The notes under the pieces were generated by a model that saw only the letters and a program-made list of their open reading frames with translations, ran no database searches and was not told where the DNA came from. Shown here piece after piece: positions 1 through 10,357 of a stretch of 64,000 nucleotides of DNA (its first letter is position 1; each line of letters opens with the position of its first letter). The DNA comes from Lama guanicoe (Eukaryota). The translations under genes were made by a program, and so were the position numbers. The stretch spans positions 9,579,186-9,643,185 of the forward strand of contig MU054323.1 in assembly GCA_013239625.1 (NCBI GenBank), given 5' to 3'.

Positions 1-719
1 TTGCTTCCCTCCTTCTAGGAACATCCCCTACCTCTTGGATGCTTCCTCGTCTGAGGCAGAAAATCACATGATGTGTTCACTGTGCAGGTAACAGAGCCAC
101 AGCTCCCTGGGCTCTGTGTGTCTCTAGAGGCATGGGTCCCCATGGCAGCACATGCCCTCAGTGACCCACAGCAGCTGATCCACAGGGGTGTGCTGAACCC
201 CAGGGGGTTCTCAGTAGGGGGCCCTTCTTGGTCTGTCATACTTGAGGTGTCTGTGAGTCTGTGCAGGTCCACCCTCTCCATGTGAGCACGCCCCCAATGG
301 TTGGAGTGCTGGGGACGGCCCAGGTGGGAGCATTGACGTGGACTCTGCCCTCCCAGGCTCTGGGCACTCCCACCTGTCTCCTCTCAGTCTCCACTCTGGG
401 CTCTACCTGCTCCCTTCCACCCTCTACTCTACCCTGCCATTCAGAGTGAGCAGCTTAAGGGCAGCTTTTTTATATTCAGCCCATGATATGTGTTTCTCAA
501 GTAATGAAAAACAAAAAAACTCCCCTTGGGGATAGTATTCAAAATTGTTTGGAAAACTCAGGCTTAAGGCCATAGCTCATACTGTATCTTCTCCTTCTTC
601 TAAGAAATTATCGATGAGGAGCCATATATGCTTCTGATTGCTCTCCCTCTCATGTAACTATCACAATATAGATCTCTCTCCGCTCATACATGTGTGTGTG
701 TGTGTAGGAGTGGTATTTT

Positions 720-960
720 GGGGTAAATTTATTGACATATAAAACATACATCCAGCCAAGTACACAAATTGTATGTACCACTCACTCTGAGTTTTCACAA
801 AGTGAGCACACCTGTAAGCCTGACCAGCCAAGAAACAGACCTCTGCCCTCATGCGCCTCCAGTCGGCCTGACCTGCAATGACTTCTAATATCATAGATTC
901 ATTTTGCCTTTTAAAATGTATATATAATGAAACAACACAATAAGTGCCACTTTGTGTCTA
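720..960 (-). mobile_element. Old L1M (MC/ME-like) 3' fragment
   Basis: Degenerate L1 3' UTR wording (ttttcacaaagtgagcacacctgtaa...catagattcattttgcct) that resumes after 1325. Confidence 0.55.
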
Positions 961-965
961 GCATC

Positions 966-1322
966 TTTTTTTTCTTTTAAATTGAAGTATAGTTGATTTA
1001 GAATGTTGTGTTATTGTCAGGTATACAGCAAAGTGACTCAAAGATTCTTTTTCAGATTCTTGTCCATTATAGGTTATTATAAGATATTGAATATAGTTTC
1101 CTGTGCTATACAGTAGGACCTTGTTGTTTATCTATTTTAGATATAGCAGTGTGTATATGTTAATCCCAAACTCCTAATTTATCCCTCCAGCCCCTACATT
1201 CCTCTTTGGTAGCCATAGTTTGTTTTCTATGTCTATGAGTCTATTTCTGGTTTGTAAATAAGTTCATTTTTGTTTAGACTCCACATATAAGTGATACATG
1301 TGGAATATATTTGTCTTTCTCT
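966..1322 (-). mobile_element. L1 3'-end fragment, younger family, inside an older L1
   Basis: Poly-T followed by ttgaagtatagttgatttag...tccatataagtgata. Same family as the copies at 46119 and 53668. GCATCTTTT on both flanks (961-969, 1326-1334) is a probable TSD. Confidence 0.85.
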
Positions 1323-2544
1323 GTGGCATCTTTTGTTCAACAATATATTTGCTAACTTTGCATTTGTGTCTAGTATACATACACACATACACACATATAC
1401 ATATATGTATATACATATTCTAGTGCATATATCCACATACACATACATGAGTGTGAAAAATATAAAATTCCTCCCTTTTCTTGCTTAAATATTCTAAATC
1501 AAATCTTATGTCACTTCATCCCTATGTCCTTCAGCGTGCATCTAAAAACTATGACTAGTATCTTACACGAGCACAGGGAATGCCATTCTCCCACCTAACA
1601 AAACAAAACAAAAATCCTGGCCATCATTTACTATCCCATTCATATTAAAAATTCCCAAATTGTGTATTTATAAGAGAGATTCACAGATACAGGTGTAGCT
1701 CTGACCCTGTCGCTGCTCCTGCCTCCTATCGTGCCTCCTCCAGTTGGTGTGTATTAGCATTGCCTTTGGAATGAAATCCAAACCCCTCCCACATCAGCCA
1801 CGAATCTCCAAGTCTGGCTCAGAACTCACACAATGGTCAGGGTCAGCCGATTCAGACTCCTGTCTGGTTTCTGAATCCCCTTTATAACACCCACCAGGTC
1901 CTGGCCTCTTTTTGAACATCTCCCCCAAACTTCCCATGATATTTACAGGTAGGACTCGCTTCCTTTGGCTGAGGTCATCTCTGCCTGCCCCGCTCCCAGC
2001 ATCCATCCTTAGCCCTAGGGGGCATACCAAATAGGCCTAGCTCTTTTTCTACAGGGAATAGCTTCAGATTTTGGAAATAGCTCAGGACCATTCTCTCCTC
2101 ATTCCCCATCCACTTAGACTATGAATTTTAGAGCATTCCCCTGGCCTCAGTCAACCCCCTCTCTTTATTCTTGCTCCACACACACGTACATCCCCAATTC
2201 TGGGCCCTTCCTAATGCTGTCTGCTCTGCAGCCTCCCCACCTTCACCTGTCAACAACCCATCAGACTCCCGAGGCCAGTGTCACTGCCACCACCTTCAGG
2301 AGGCCTTTTCTGAGGTATTCCACCTGAAATGTTCTCTACATTAGCCAGAGAACCTTCATGGCTGCCTTGTGGTGTTTATTGTGTTCTGACTTGTTCTAAA
2401 CTTAAGCATCTTTCGCATCCCTCACCAGATTCCAGATTCTTTGAACACAACCTCTTCCTTACCTGGGTTTGTTTTTCTTGGAATTTCTAGCAAACAGAAG
2501 TGCTAACAGTAGGTACTCTCGGTGTGTTCACTGGTGGAATCTAT

Positions 2545-3045
2545 TACTTGCCATAAACAGATACTCAACTCATATTGGCTTAAATGGAAAAGGGAATTTC
2601 TTGCCGCAGGATGGAAAGTCCAGAAGCACAACCAATTTAGGCGCGCCTGGGTTCAGGAGATCCAACAAAGTCAGCAGAAACCTGTTGTTCTCCAGTGCTC
2701 GGCCCTGCTTCTCTCTCGGTTGGCTTTATTCCTCGTAGCCTCTCCCCAGGTGGTAGTAAAGAGTATTATCTCCCAGTTGGAAACAGAGTACGCCTTTCCC
2801 AAGGGTTTCAGCCAAAGCCTCAGGTCTGACTCTCAAAGGCCAGTCTTGGGTCCTTTGCACAACCTTGAACAGTCAATAACTGCTGCCAGGGAAGTGGGGG
2901 TTCTGTTTGGCAGGACTGGATCATGGGTCCTTGTGTCCATCCCTAAGGCTAAAGGATTAAGGTCAATGGGAAGTGGAGGCTCCCCCAAAGGAAATCAGGA
3001 GGCTCTTACCAGAAGAAAGGGGAGTGGGTGCTAGGCCAGCCAAAC
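2545..3045. mobile_element. MaLR LTR, MLT1K/L-like
   Basis: caactcatattggcttaaatggaaaagggaatttcttg...ccccaaaggaaatcagg resembles old MLT1 LTRs. This accounts for the 170-aa ORF 2522-3034. Confidence 0.55.
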
Positions 3046-3419
3046 AATCGAGATTCGGCAGCCCTGGAAGGAGGCCTGAAACAAGCGATGAGGCCTCCTG
3101 CTCTCACTCCTTCTCTGAGAGCCTCTTATAACCCCTGTGGGCCCAGAGTGTGGAGGAGAAAAACAAAGGCCAGGCACATGGGAGTCAGGAGACCTGGGTA
3201 CACCCTGCTCTACATGCAAGGTAGGTGTGACCTTGAGCCCATGACTTACTTTTCTTTATCTGGAAAATAGGGCCAATAATGTAGGACCTGGCTACCACAT
3301 ACACTGTTGAGGGGATCAGATGAAACAGTGGTGGGTGACATGTCTGAGTCTGTAGAGACAGTCTGAAATGATTCAGTGCCATGCTAATGGGAAGATTCAT
3401 TAACCCCTTTCGTACCAAG

Positions 3420-3640
3420 AGCCTGGGGCCTGACTACATGTGTTCAAATCCCAGCTCTGTTTCTCTTTTGCTATGAAAACTTGGGTGAGTTTACCTCTCT
3501 GACTTCAGTTGTCCTCACCTGTTGAATGGGGATAATAATTATAGAGTTGTTGTGAATATTAACTGAGTTAATATATATGACTCAATTAAAACACTGTCTG
3601 GTACAAGGGAAGCCCCATAAAAGGTTTTAATAGGTGCCAC
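3420..3640 (+). mobile_element. MIR SINE
   Basis: gttcaaatcccagctctg...cttcagttgtcctcacctgttgaatggggataataat...gttgttgtgaatattaactgagttaat, the MIR core. Confidence 0.75.
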
Positions 3641-5210
3641 CATTGTTATTGCTTCATGCCCCCACTATTGTGTGTGTTACTCTTTATTTTTCTCAGCTAG
3701 GTTGTAAACTGCCCAAGGGCAGGGTCCACCCAGGCCACAGGCTTCTCTTCTGCTCCCCTGCCTCCATTCATGCTGGGCAGATCCTGGGGCCAGGCAGATG
3801 GATGGTTGTGAGAGCCTGGTAGGGTCCAGGACTCTGACCAGATTAGAAGTGGAGGGAGCCTGCCTGGAGCCTCTGGCCTGGGGTAGGGTGGGACGGGGAA
3901 TACTTGTGCTGGGGTCGGAGTAGACCCCTGGACTTCTGGGTCTTCAGAATAGGAGGGTAGGAGAGATGTGTTTCTGTGCGGGACTTGACGCCTGGCAGGA
4001 GACTCATCCCAGATGGTGGAGCAGTGGGGAAAGAGTTCCCCCTTTAGGACTTCTGTGCTTCCCTTGCCCTATGACAGGGCCTACATTCAGTCTAGGCTCT
4101 TGGTGGCAGATGAGGAAGCAGAAGCTTGGAGATATCAAGGGACTTGGCCCAGGTCACACAGCTAGCTACAGCAGGGCCATCTTGGACCTCTATTTCCCAA
4201 CTCAAAGCCCAACCCTGAGCCACCTCTCCTTGTGCAGATCTTAGACCCTGAAGAGGAAGTGAGGGAAGTTGTTCTGTTCCTTCTCTCTGGACCCAACAAA
4301 CATTCCTAACCAGGGGTAACTTTGTTCTGACTCATAGGGACACTTCTGAATAACAGCACTGGCCACTTTATCTCTGGAATGTTTCCGGCTTACATACACA
4401 CACACACACACACACACACAACTGGGGAAGTACCCTTTTTTCTTTTGCCTGAGTCTTACTAGGGCAGTGACTATTCAATCTCTCCTAGGGGGCCATAAGC
4501 AGGTGACCAGAAAGGCCTCATTTGCATCTGCTTTCTGGAAGTGTTGTATAAACTTTAGTATAATGCTAAATGTGGTCTAAGGCAACAAAGAGGTTTTGCT
4601 GTTGTTCACTTTTTTTTTAAATTAAAGGTAACATATAGTAGAGTGCCCTAATCTGAGGATAGAGCTAGATGAATTTTTTTACATACATATAGATGTAACT
4701 ACCACCCAGATGCGGAACATTCCGTTTTAATACTATTAGGACTGCCTCTAGAGCGATAGTTTCTTGACTTCCTTGTTTTCCTATCTTCTCCTTGGTGTGT
4801 ATCCCATACATGAAATGGGAATCATGGTGGGTGAGGACATGTCTCATGTCTCAGAGTACTTAAGCTGGGATGGTCTCCCTTGGAATGTAAAGGAGGTTGT
4901 GTAAGGCCACTGGGGAGGAGTCAGCATTGCTTATTCATCCAGCTCTTTCCTCCAGATGCTGATCTCTTTTGATCCGTGGTTCCCAGCTTTTTTTTCTGCC
5001 CCCACACCTGAGGGATACAACACATTCCCTCTGGATTAGTGGCTGAGTGTATCAGTGAAGTTTAAAGGGAGGGGAGGCACAACTTGAAAAGCTGTGCGGG
5101 TTATTCTGATGTTTATCTCGACTCCAGGGTGATGCATGAGACTCCCTGATTGTCTTTCCCCCATCCTGAAATGCCACTCATGAGAACATACATCTGGGTT
5201 GAAGAGCATC

Positions 5211-5623
5211 TGTGCTGGTTATTCCCCATTTGCTGAGTGTGCCTTCCCCACTCCTACCAGATCCACTGCTCACCCTTCCTTGCCCATCTCTGTGCCCTGG
5301 GAGGCTGACTAGGGGATGGGAGAGATGGTCTGCTATCCCTTCCCTCATCCCCTTCAGCGTAATTTCTGGCAGGGGCTGCTTCTCTGTATCCTGCTGGATG
5401 GCCTTCTTCCATGGTCCCAGTGTGCTAATGATTTTCTCCCCTCTTCAACCCTGGGGGTGGTCACAGTTTCCAGCTGTTACTAGGCTCTGGGTGCGGCAGG
5501 ATTCCTTGTTGCTCCCTTAGCCCCGTCCATGGAAGATGCTCTCTAAGGAGATGCTCCATGGAAGCCTCTTCCATTGAACCATTTGGGCTGAAGTCTGTTT
5601 CCTGATGGACTCCTGACTGATCC
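5211..5623. mobile_element. ERVL LTR, LTR33/LTR16-like
   Basis: Starts TG and ends gtctgtttcctgatggactcctgactgatcca, similar to the LTR33-type terminus. Confidence 0.5.
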
Positions 5624-6729
5624 AGAGATCTGTGGACAAACAGAAACGCTTCCATATTAAATAGTCACTGATTATAGCATGCATCCTGGTTTTCAGAAAT
5701 GTTAAAACATCAGCAAAATGTGTGGCTTCCAATAGAGAAATGATGGCAGATTTGCTCAGTCATGATGGATAGAGGACCATTTATCATTAAGCCATGGAGT
5801 TTGACCTGTCAAGGCTGGGAGCATGGGTAACAGGCAGAGCACGGGGCGTAAAGTCAGGTGAGATGGGTTTGAATTCTGGCACCGACAGGTTGGGAAATCT
5901 GGAGTAGGCTGCCTTGCCACTCTGTTCCTCGGCCTCCTCTTTGGCAATCCAGAGTCACCCTGACTGTTGTCACACCCCCAGGAGGGATGTTGTGTGAGGA
6001 AAAACGAGGCCATGTATGTGGAAGAGCTTCATGAACTGCCTAGCACTCTGAGCAGGCAGCCATTCTGGGATTCAAGTCAGGGGTCAGTGTTGGACAGGAG
6101 GGACAGAGGAGGAAACTCCTAACTTCAGTGCAGGGAGGGCCCAAGACCAAAAGAGGCAGTAAGAAGACAGCCCAAGCTGCCCTTTTCCCCTCATCCCAGC
6201 TTACCACCTCCTCTTCTCTTACTTGACATGACCTTTCTCTGCCCTGGGTAGTGCTAGGCAGAGAATTAAGGAGCACCTATAAGTGTAGGACAAAGTCATG
6301 CACCAGATGAAGTCCGTGCTTTCTGGAGACCAGGAAGAGAAAAACAAAGACATTCCAGGAGGAGGCAGGTCATACATGTCCTGGGTAAGAGGAAGAGTCT
6401 GGTGTCATAGAGGCCCACCTGCACTTCCAACTGGGTCACTAATCCTCTAATTCTCCTGGGCAAGTTACTGAATGTCGCTTTCTTGACCTGCAACCAGAGA
6501 ATAATACCCAACTCCAATGTTTGTTGGGAGGACTGCATGAGGCAATCCCTTATTCAGCCTGGTGCCTCACTATTGGCAAATGCTCAATAAAGGCTGGCCC
6601 CTATTCTTAGCATGTTATGCCAGGGAGCCAGAGGATCCTTTCTAACTGGGTGATCCTGGGATGACTGATTCCCCACGGAGGGGGCAATGAACGGGGCTTG
6701 GAGGCTAAATACTCTCAGTTTGGCATTCA

Positions 6730-7880
6730 CAGGCCGAGGCACGAGCCAGACCCGGGGTACCAGGGCACCAGCTTCGCGGGCCTGGCGCTCGCTCAGGGAC
6801 TGAAAGGTGAAGGCGGGGTGAGGAACGCAGGCCTCCCGGCGGGCAGAGGGAGCCAGCACGAGTTCTGGAGCAGGGGAAGGCCGGGATCAAAGCGCTCCGA
6901 AGCAAGCCGGGGCGCACCAAAGAGAGGCTAGCGACTTGCATCAGCACAGATTCCGTGATGCTCTGCAGACGTCTCAGGGCTGCTGGGCTTTACGGGAACC
7001 CACAAGAAAGGAAAAGGCTGGGGAAGAGGCAGGGCGGGGGCGTGCGAGGGCGCAAGGGTGCGCTCGCCCGCCCGCGCGCTCCCGGCGGCGCCTGCCCCGG
7101 CTTGGGCGCGCCCGGGACAGCGGAGGCCACGGAGGAAGCTCCGGCTCCCTTTCCCCCTCCTACTTTCCCCCCAAATTACTGGAAGGACTGTGTGGGAGAG
7201 ACCCAGAAGCACCCGGATTTTCAAGCGCGGGGTGGGGGAGGGGAGGGCCGGGCAGCCGCTGCTGCTCAAAGATAAACTGAAAGTGCGTCTGTTCGCTCAG
7301 CTTCTACACACGGCTGTTCCCGGGAAGGCCCTGGACGCTGCGGCCGCGCCTCCCTTTGCAGCCTCCCAAGATCTCTCTAAGGGCCCGTGTGGCCCGGGAG
7401 GGGACGCAGAGGCGAGTGAGAAAGTGTCACGATTTCTTCTCCTCTGTTTCCCCCCCAACCGTCCCCACCCTCAGTTTTCTGGGTTTTGCCGCTGCTGCTG
7501 GGGAAAGGGCTGATCGGTTTTGCGTCAAAGGACTGCATTTACTCAGTCCTGCTGGGAGAGGCGCGTAAACACACCCAGGCAGGCAGGAAGCAGGGATTAA
7601 AAAAAAAACAAAAAAGACCAACAAAAACACCTGCCCTACACCTCTCGACCCAGCCGGGGAGTTGGGGACTCTGCCGGCAGGCGGCGGCGGAGGTTTCGAG
7701 GAGTCTGGCTAGCCTTGCCTCTCCGCGCGCGTCCTTGGGGATGGAGCTCAGGACAGAATGTGTTTTATAGCTGTAAACAATGACCCCGAGTATTGTTTGG
7801 GATTACCGTATCTTGGGGCCATTGGGGCGGCCAGATGCCGCCAGCCGTCCCGGAAACGCCAGCGCTTTATATAGAGCCCC
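6730..7880. promoter_or_regulatory. Upstream CpG island (candidate enhancer or second promoter)
   Basis: Separate CpG-dense block with GC boxes and palindromic TTCCCGGGAA at 7317-7326. Confidence 0.7.
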
Positions 7881-9022
7881 GGGAAAGCTTCGAGTTCCCG
7901 GCTGTATTTTTCTTTCCTAGCAACACCCCCACTTTACAGATAAGGAAACTGAGGATCGAAACTGTGATGTGCGACAGTGCACAGCAGTTCAGTCTTCACA
8001 CATCTTCCCACTGGGTCCTCACTAGGACCCTGTGGGGATACATACGGTGCCACTCAAGAGTTGAGTAAACCGAGAGTAAGGCAGAGCCTGGACCAGAACC
8101 CAGTTTCCTTGACTCCTGGTACAACGCTCCTGTGGATCACCGCTGCAGAAGGTTCCAGAGATGATTAGGGCCCAAGAAGGTCCTGTCACAATCCCTTCGT
8201 TTTATAGGAAGAAGCTGAAGCCCAGAGAGGTTAAGGGACTCGCCCAAAGTCTCACAGCTCGTAAACAGCACAGCCCGGCGTTTGTACTCCAAGGCCTGTG
8301 CTCTTTACCCCGCGCCTCGCCCCGCCCTGCCCACGAGGCGGGAGAACCTAAGAGTCCGGACTACCTGTTCCCTGAACTTCGCTCCAAAACAGCTGAAGAC
8401 AATGTTGGGGGCACACCCTCTCCCGGGTCTCCCTCTCCCCCCACCCCCTTTTTTTTGGTTTGTTTCCAAATTCGTAACAGTCCAGTTTGCTTTTAAAGCT
8501 CGATTATTCCTATTAGATGCGTCCTAATTGCCTGGCTTAGAAGGTGGCCGGAATGTCTTGACTGGTTAATTTCGTCTTCAAGTCTACTCTAACAAATTAA
8601 TTGCAGGGCCGAAAAAAGGGGGGTGGGGCGGGAAGCAGTGGGCACCCAGCCACCGAGGGGAAAATAGGCAGGCCCGCCCCGCCTGGCGGCGCCGCGCCCC
8701 GCCAAGGCTCGGCCGCAGGGAGGCGCGGGTACCCTGCGCGCCCAGGGCGCCCGCTGCTCCCGGCGGCGCCGCGGAGGGCGCCGACGACCGCGCGCGGCCG
8801 CTCCCTCCCTGCGAGCAGCTCTGCGCGCCCGGCTCCCGGCCTCGCGGTGGCGCCGCACTGAACCGCTGGTCTCGCTCTTTAGGACTTTGATTATTTTCTA
8901 AAACACGGCTCCGAGGCCAGCGCAGCCGCTCTCGGGGGCCCCGCCCCGCGCCCCTTCCCAGGGCGGTAGAGAAGGGGGAGGCCGTGGAGCGCTCGGGAGC
9001 CGGCGAGGGAATCCCTCTCCCT

Positions 9023-9456
9023 CCACGTCACCCGAAAGCGAGGGAACCCGCACTCGCGTCTTCTAACGCAAATGACCATCTTTGGCAACATGTGCCAGTG
9101 GAACAGACCAAGGGCGCAGGGCCCGGAGGGGGTGGGTGGGCGAGCGTGGGGAAGGGCCAGGGTGCCTCAGCTCCCCCAAACTATGCCCGCGGTCCGCTCC
9201 CACCCCCGCCACCGCCTTCCTTCCTCGCGCCGGGTGTGTGGCTGGCGTCAGCGCGGCCGGGAGCCGGGGCAGGGAGGGGAACGCTGCGCCGCGCCCGCCT
9301 CCTCCCGCGCCTCTTCCTCCTCCCCCTCCTCCTCCTCGGCCTTCTCCCGCCTCCCCGCGCGCTCCTCCCTGCAAGGTGGAGTCTGGGGTTGACGTGAGGT
9401 ACAGGGGCTGGAGAATAAAGAGTGTGGAGTTGAACTCGTGCCATTGTAGTGACTCA
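9023..9456 (+). promoter_or_regulatory. FOSL2 proximal/core promoter motifs
   Basis: CCACGTCA 9023-9030, CArG-like CCATCTTTGG 9076-9085, TGGCGTCA 9243-9250, CRE-like TGACGTGA 9390-9397, TATA-like AATAAA 9414-9419, perfect AP-1 TGACTCA 9450-9456. Confidence 0.7.
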
Positions 9457-10255
9457 TCTCGGGCAGAGCGCTGGGTCTCCGAGCGAACCAGCGAGCAAGC
9501 AAGCGGCGCTCGGCGGGGACTGAGAGAGGGAGAGAGAGAGGCGCGGACGGGCGAGGCGGGCCCGTCCGGGAGCGGGCGCTGGGGAAGGGGTGCAGGTCTG
9601 GGCGCCGGAGCCGCGGCACGCGGAGCGGGTCCGCGTCCCTCTCCGCGCCGGCTCGGCTGAAACCACACGGGACGCGAGCCAGGCGCAGGCTGCCTTCTTC
9701 TCCTAGTCAACTGTCCGAGCCGCTCGAAACTCCGGCGACGAGTCGGCCACAGGAAGTTTATTCTCAGCTCCTTTTCTAAAAGGAGGAAATAGAAGTTTCT
9801 CCAAGCGGGCAGCCTTTCTTTTCGCCCCCACTCTTTTTTTTTGCCCTGTCTGAAATCGGGGCCCCCTAGACCTGCAGGCTTGACTCGCCGGGCAACTATT
9901 CTTTTTCAATTTCCAGTTTTTGATTGAGCCGGCGGTCCCGCTGGGCTCCGATTGCGCGCGGGGGCAGGAGGGCGCGCTCGGGGGAGGGACCGAGGGACGT
10001 GCGGACTTTTTAGAGGGAGGGACCGGGTGGACAACTGGTCCCGCGGCGCTTATAGAGCAGGAAAGAAGTTCAGCGCTCGGCGCTCGGGGGTCACTGTTCC
10101 CGGGGTGTCGCCGCCGAGGGAGAGAAGCCCGGGAGCGAAGACTAGAGCCCGAGGCGCGGCCGGCAGGGAGCGAGAGCGCAGCAGCCGGTGCGCGGCCGCG
10201 GCGAGGGCGGGGGAAGAAAAACACCCTGTTTCCTCTCGGGCCCCCACCGCGGATC
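9443..10255 (+). other. FOSL2: FOSL2 5' UTR (start approximate)
   Basis: Start inferred ~29 nt after the TATA-like AATAAA (9414-9419) at initiator-like CCATTGT. GC-rich, with no ATG before 10256. Confidence 0.55.
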
Positions 10256-10357
10256 ATGTACCAGGATTATCCCGGGAACTTTGACACCTCGTCCCGGGGC
10301 AGCAGCGGCTCTCCTGCGCACGCCGAGTCCTACTCCAGCGGCGGCGGTGGCCAGCAG
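10256..10357 (+). CDS. FOSL2: FOSL2 (Fra-2) coding exon 1, aa 1-34
   Basis: ATG at 10256 gives [34 protein letters not shown], the Fra-2 N-terminus. Ends CAG|GTAGGT, phase 0. Confidence 0.98.

Noticed and set aside
2522..3034. 170-aa ORF
   Set aside because: Coincides with an MLT1-like LTR remnant and has no ATG start.
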